Source of the DNA: Camelus ferus
Taxonomy: Eukaryota
Direction: 5' to 3'
Length of the DNA: 64,000 nucleotides
Assembly: GCF_009834535.1 (NCBI RefSeq)
Contig: NC_045696.1
Location: 25,112,001-25,176,000, forward strand
Numbering within the stretch: position 1 is the first letter of the stretch; every line of letters begins with the position of its first letter. Both the position numbers and the translations under genes were made by a program. Of the stretch, positions 61,540 through 64,000 are shown one piece after another. A model generated the notes under the pieces. That model was not told where the DNA came from. It did no database searches and saw only the letters and a program-made list of their open reading frames with translations.

Positions 61540-63207
61540 TTCTGTCAAGCATTCAACAGCCCCTCAACTCTATTCACATTTCAAAATCTTACTTCCTATT
61601 TCACTGAGAAAAAGAAATAACTCATAGAAAATGCAGTTGCCCCTGCAAAACAAACAAACCAACCTGCCTTTCTATGGATGTGCTGCCTTTGTTTCTTCTG
61701 AGGATAACTTATCCACTCTGCCTCATCTCTTCAGTCATCCACTGGAAGGCTTTTGCTCCTTTTGTGCAGATCTCTTCTAAATCGTACCTCTGCCCTTTGT
61801 GTGGGACAAGTTCCTTAGCGTGCCAGCATGGTGCAGTGTCTCCCAACGTAAACAAACAAACAACAAAAAACAAAAGCAACCCTTCCATTGTACTCCTCTA
61901 TTCTTCTGCTCCCTTTTACAGCACAGTTTCTCAAAAGAATGCAAAATATTGTCTTGTTCAATTGATCAACCTCAATCCTTAGCCTAGTCCAATCAGATTT
62001 TTATCCTCACAAACTTTCTAAAGCCTCCCTCTTCAGTCCCCCAGAACCTCCATCATGCCAAGTCCCAACGTTTGATTATCAGCCTTATTTTATTTGAACT
62101 CACTGCCTTCTTTTAATAAGGGAGTCAAGAGCTGATTCCTCCCTTCTAAGAAATATACCCTTCACTTGAATTTCAGGACATTAATTCTTTCATTTCCTCC
62201 TATTTCTATGGCTTTTCTGATCTCCTTTGTTAGATCCTCCACTTTGTTTCTGTTGTTTAAAGTTGTGATCCCCTAGGATTCAGTGTGTGGCTTTCTTCTC
62301 ACATCTCTGTCTATACTCGCTCTCAATGAGCTCATTCAGGCACCCACTTTTTATTTTGCATATACCGTTTATATGCTAATGACATCCATATTTATCTCTC
62401 AGCCCTGAGCTCTAGTTTTAACACATCCAAGATGGAATTCTTGATTCTCTGTCCCCTCAAACCTGTTTTTCTCTTCTCTGTAAGTGGCATCAACGTTCAC
62501 TCAGTTTCTTGTGCTAAAAACCTTGATTCCTTTCTTTTCCTTTTGCCACATATCCAATGTATCAAAAGTTTGAAACCACTCCCCTTTAAAATATAATCTG
62601 GATATGATAAACGATCTCAAACTCCACAGACTCCCTCCTGGTCCAAATCCCCATACTATTTCTCCTAAGAGGTGATACTTTAAAAATGTAAATCAGAACA
62701 TTATCACTCCCTGCCTCAACTGCAAACTTAGAATAAAATGCAAGACCAGTAGCCTTGCAGGATCAAGCTCCTGACTGCCTCAGTGCTTCAGCTCCTCTCT
62801 CTTCTCCTTCATCACTTGGTTCCTGAACCCACATAGCCCATTCCGCCTCCAGGGCCTGTGCATTTGTTGTGACCTCCGTCTGAAACACACACCCTCTGGG
62901 TCACCACATGGCTGATTCCTACTTTCCCCAAGTATCTGCTCAAACCTCACTTCATCAGGGAAACTTCTGCCCATCAGATGTGAAAATACCACATTCCCTT
63001 TTTACCAATTTTGATTTTTTTTTCCTTTGTGGCACATTTTAACTACTTGCAAACTTATTATATATTAATCAGTTTACTTGTTTGTGATGTCTTCATCGTT
63101 AGAGCTGACATCTAAGAGGGTGTTTTGCTCTTCACTGAATCTCCGTGCTGTAGAAAACTCCCTGCCTCATGGTAGGCAGCCAGAAACTCTTTGTTGAATG
63201 AAGGAAT
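61540..63207 (+). mobile_element. L2 LINE, RT region to 3' end (an upstream piece is probably at ~60500-60800)
   Basis: CTTCCTATTTCACTGAGAAAA, CCAATCAGATTTT, TATATGCTAATGACATCC (decayed YADD), ending TGGTAGGCA...TTTGTTGAATGAA. Confidence 0.85.
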
Positions 63208-63699
63208 AATAGGGTTTAACACAATGTAGACTAGGAAACTGCTTTGAATTCAAAATCACACACCATTACTTCTAAAAATTCAAGGCCATGTTCCTCCAAG
63301 GTTCCTGAGCTCACTGGGAAGCTGGGTCTCCCTTCTCCTTTCTTGCATCTTCCCTCTTCTTTATTTTTCCTCCCCACTTTCCTCTCTGCAGTAGTCAGAG
63401 AAAAACTTCAAAATCCCTGCATCCTTATTAGTAAATCATTTACCATACCAGACTAGTTACTGAATCCCTGGTTTGTAGAATTAAAACACTCCATTAAAGA
63501 ACTCATAAATAAGTCTTCCACCCCTAGCAGGTATTATCCTGGTCTTCTATGAGGCTCATCTGGAAATATTTCTCTCTCTCTCTCTCTCTGCCCCTCTTCC
63601 CTTTCTTTGTCTTTGTTGTGTCTTTCCTTTTCACTCTGAACCGAGACAGCTTTGTAATAGAGATATGCCAAGGCTGGCTGCTCAGTGAGGCACCAGAGC

Positions 63700-63990
63700 C
63701 ACCAGGGCATGCTGCCTCCCAAGGCAACCTATTTCAATTTCCAACAACTCTAATTTTAAAAATGCTCTTTTTATATGATGAGCTAATATTTGCCTGGCTG
63801 TAACTTTGATCCATTGGTCCTATTTCTGCTGGCTAGGGCTCCTAAGCATAACTATTTCCTGAGCAGAAATAGAACAGCTGCTTAACACCTCCCATATGCT
63901 ATTGCTTTATATAGTTGAAAATTGTAAATCCCCCAGCCTCCAGCACCTCCACCATACACTTTGTCAGCCTTCTGTTCTCTGTTGTAAATA
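63700..63990 (-). mobile_element. CR1/L3 LINE fragment
   Basis: CCTCCCAAGGCAACCTATTTCAATT...ACAACTCTAATT...CTGTAACTTTGATCCATTGGTCCTA is typical of L3. Confidence 0.7.
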
Positions 63991-64000
63991 AATTCAGCTC

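Noticed and set aside
1..64000. CRISPR arrays, operons, prokaryotic or viral coding systems, intact ERV genes
   Set aside because: No regularly spaced repeat-spacer structure, no gene-dense ORFs and no gag/pol/env homology seen; the window is mammalian non-coding DNA.

Overview
AT-rich mammalian nuclear DNA, most likely a camelid (inferred from a Vic-1-type tRNA-derived SINE and camelid/cetartiodactyl-type L1 3' ends). It reads as a large intron or intergenic stretch. I could not identify any host protein-coding exon, RNA gene or processed pseudogene. The only real protein homology is to LINE-1: a young 5'-truncated insertion at 19763-21420 with a 14-bp TSD and a nearly intact ORF2 C-terminus, plus decayed older L1s. 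The rest is a typical eutherian repeat landscape (L1, L2, CR1/L3, MIR, MaLR/ERVL/ERV1 solo LTRs, Tigger2 and hAT MITEs, microsatellites) with repeat-poor intervals. Those intervals contain several candidate cis-regulatory motif clusters (~18.9, ~28.4 and ~32.3 kb). Repeat subfamily names were assigned from memory of consensus sequences and many boundaries are approximate; RepeatMasker/Dfam should confirm them. I found no convincing novel biological system; the findings are modest, testable observations.
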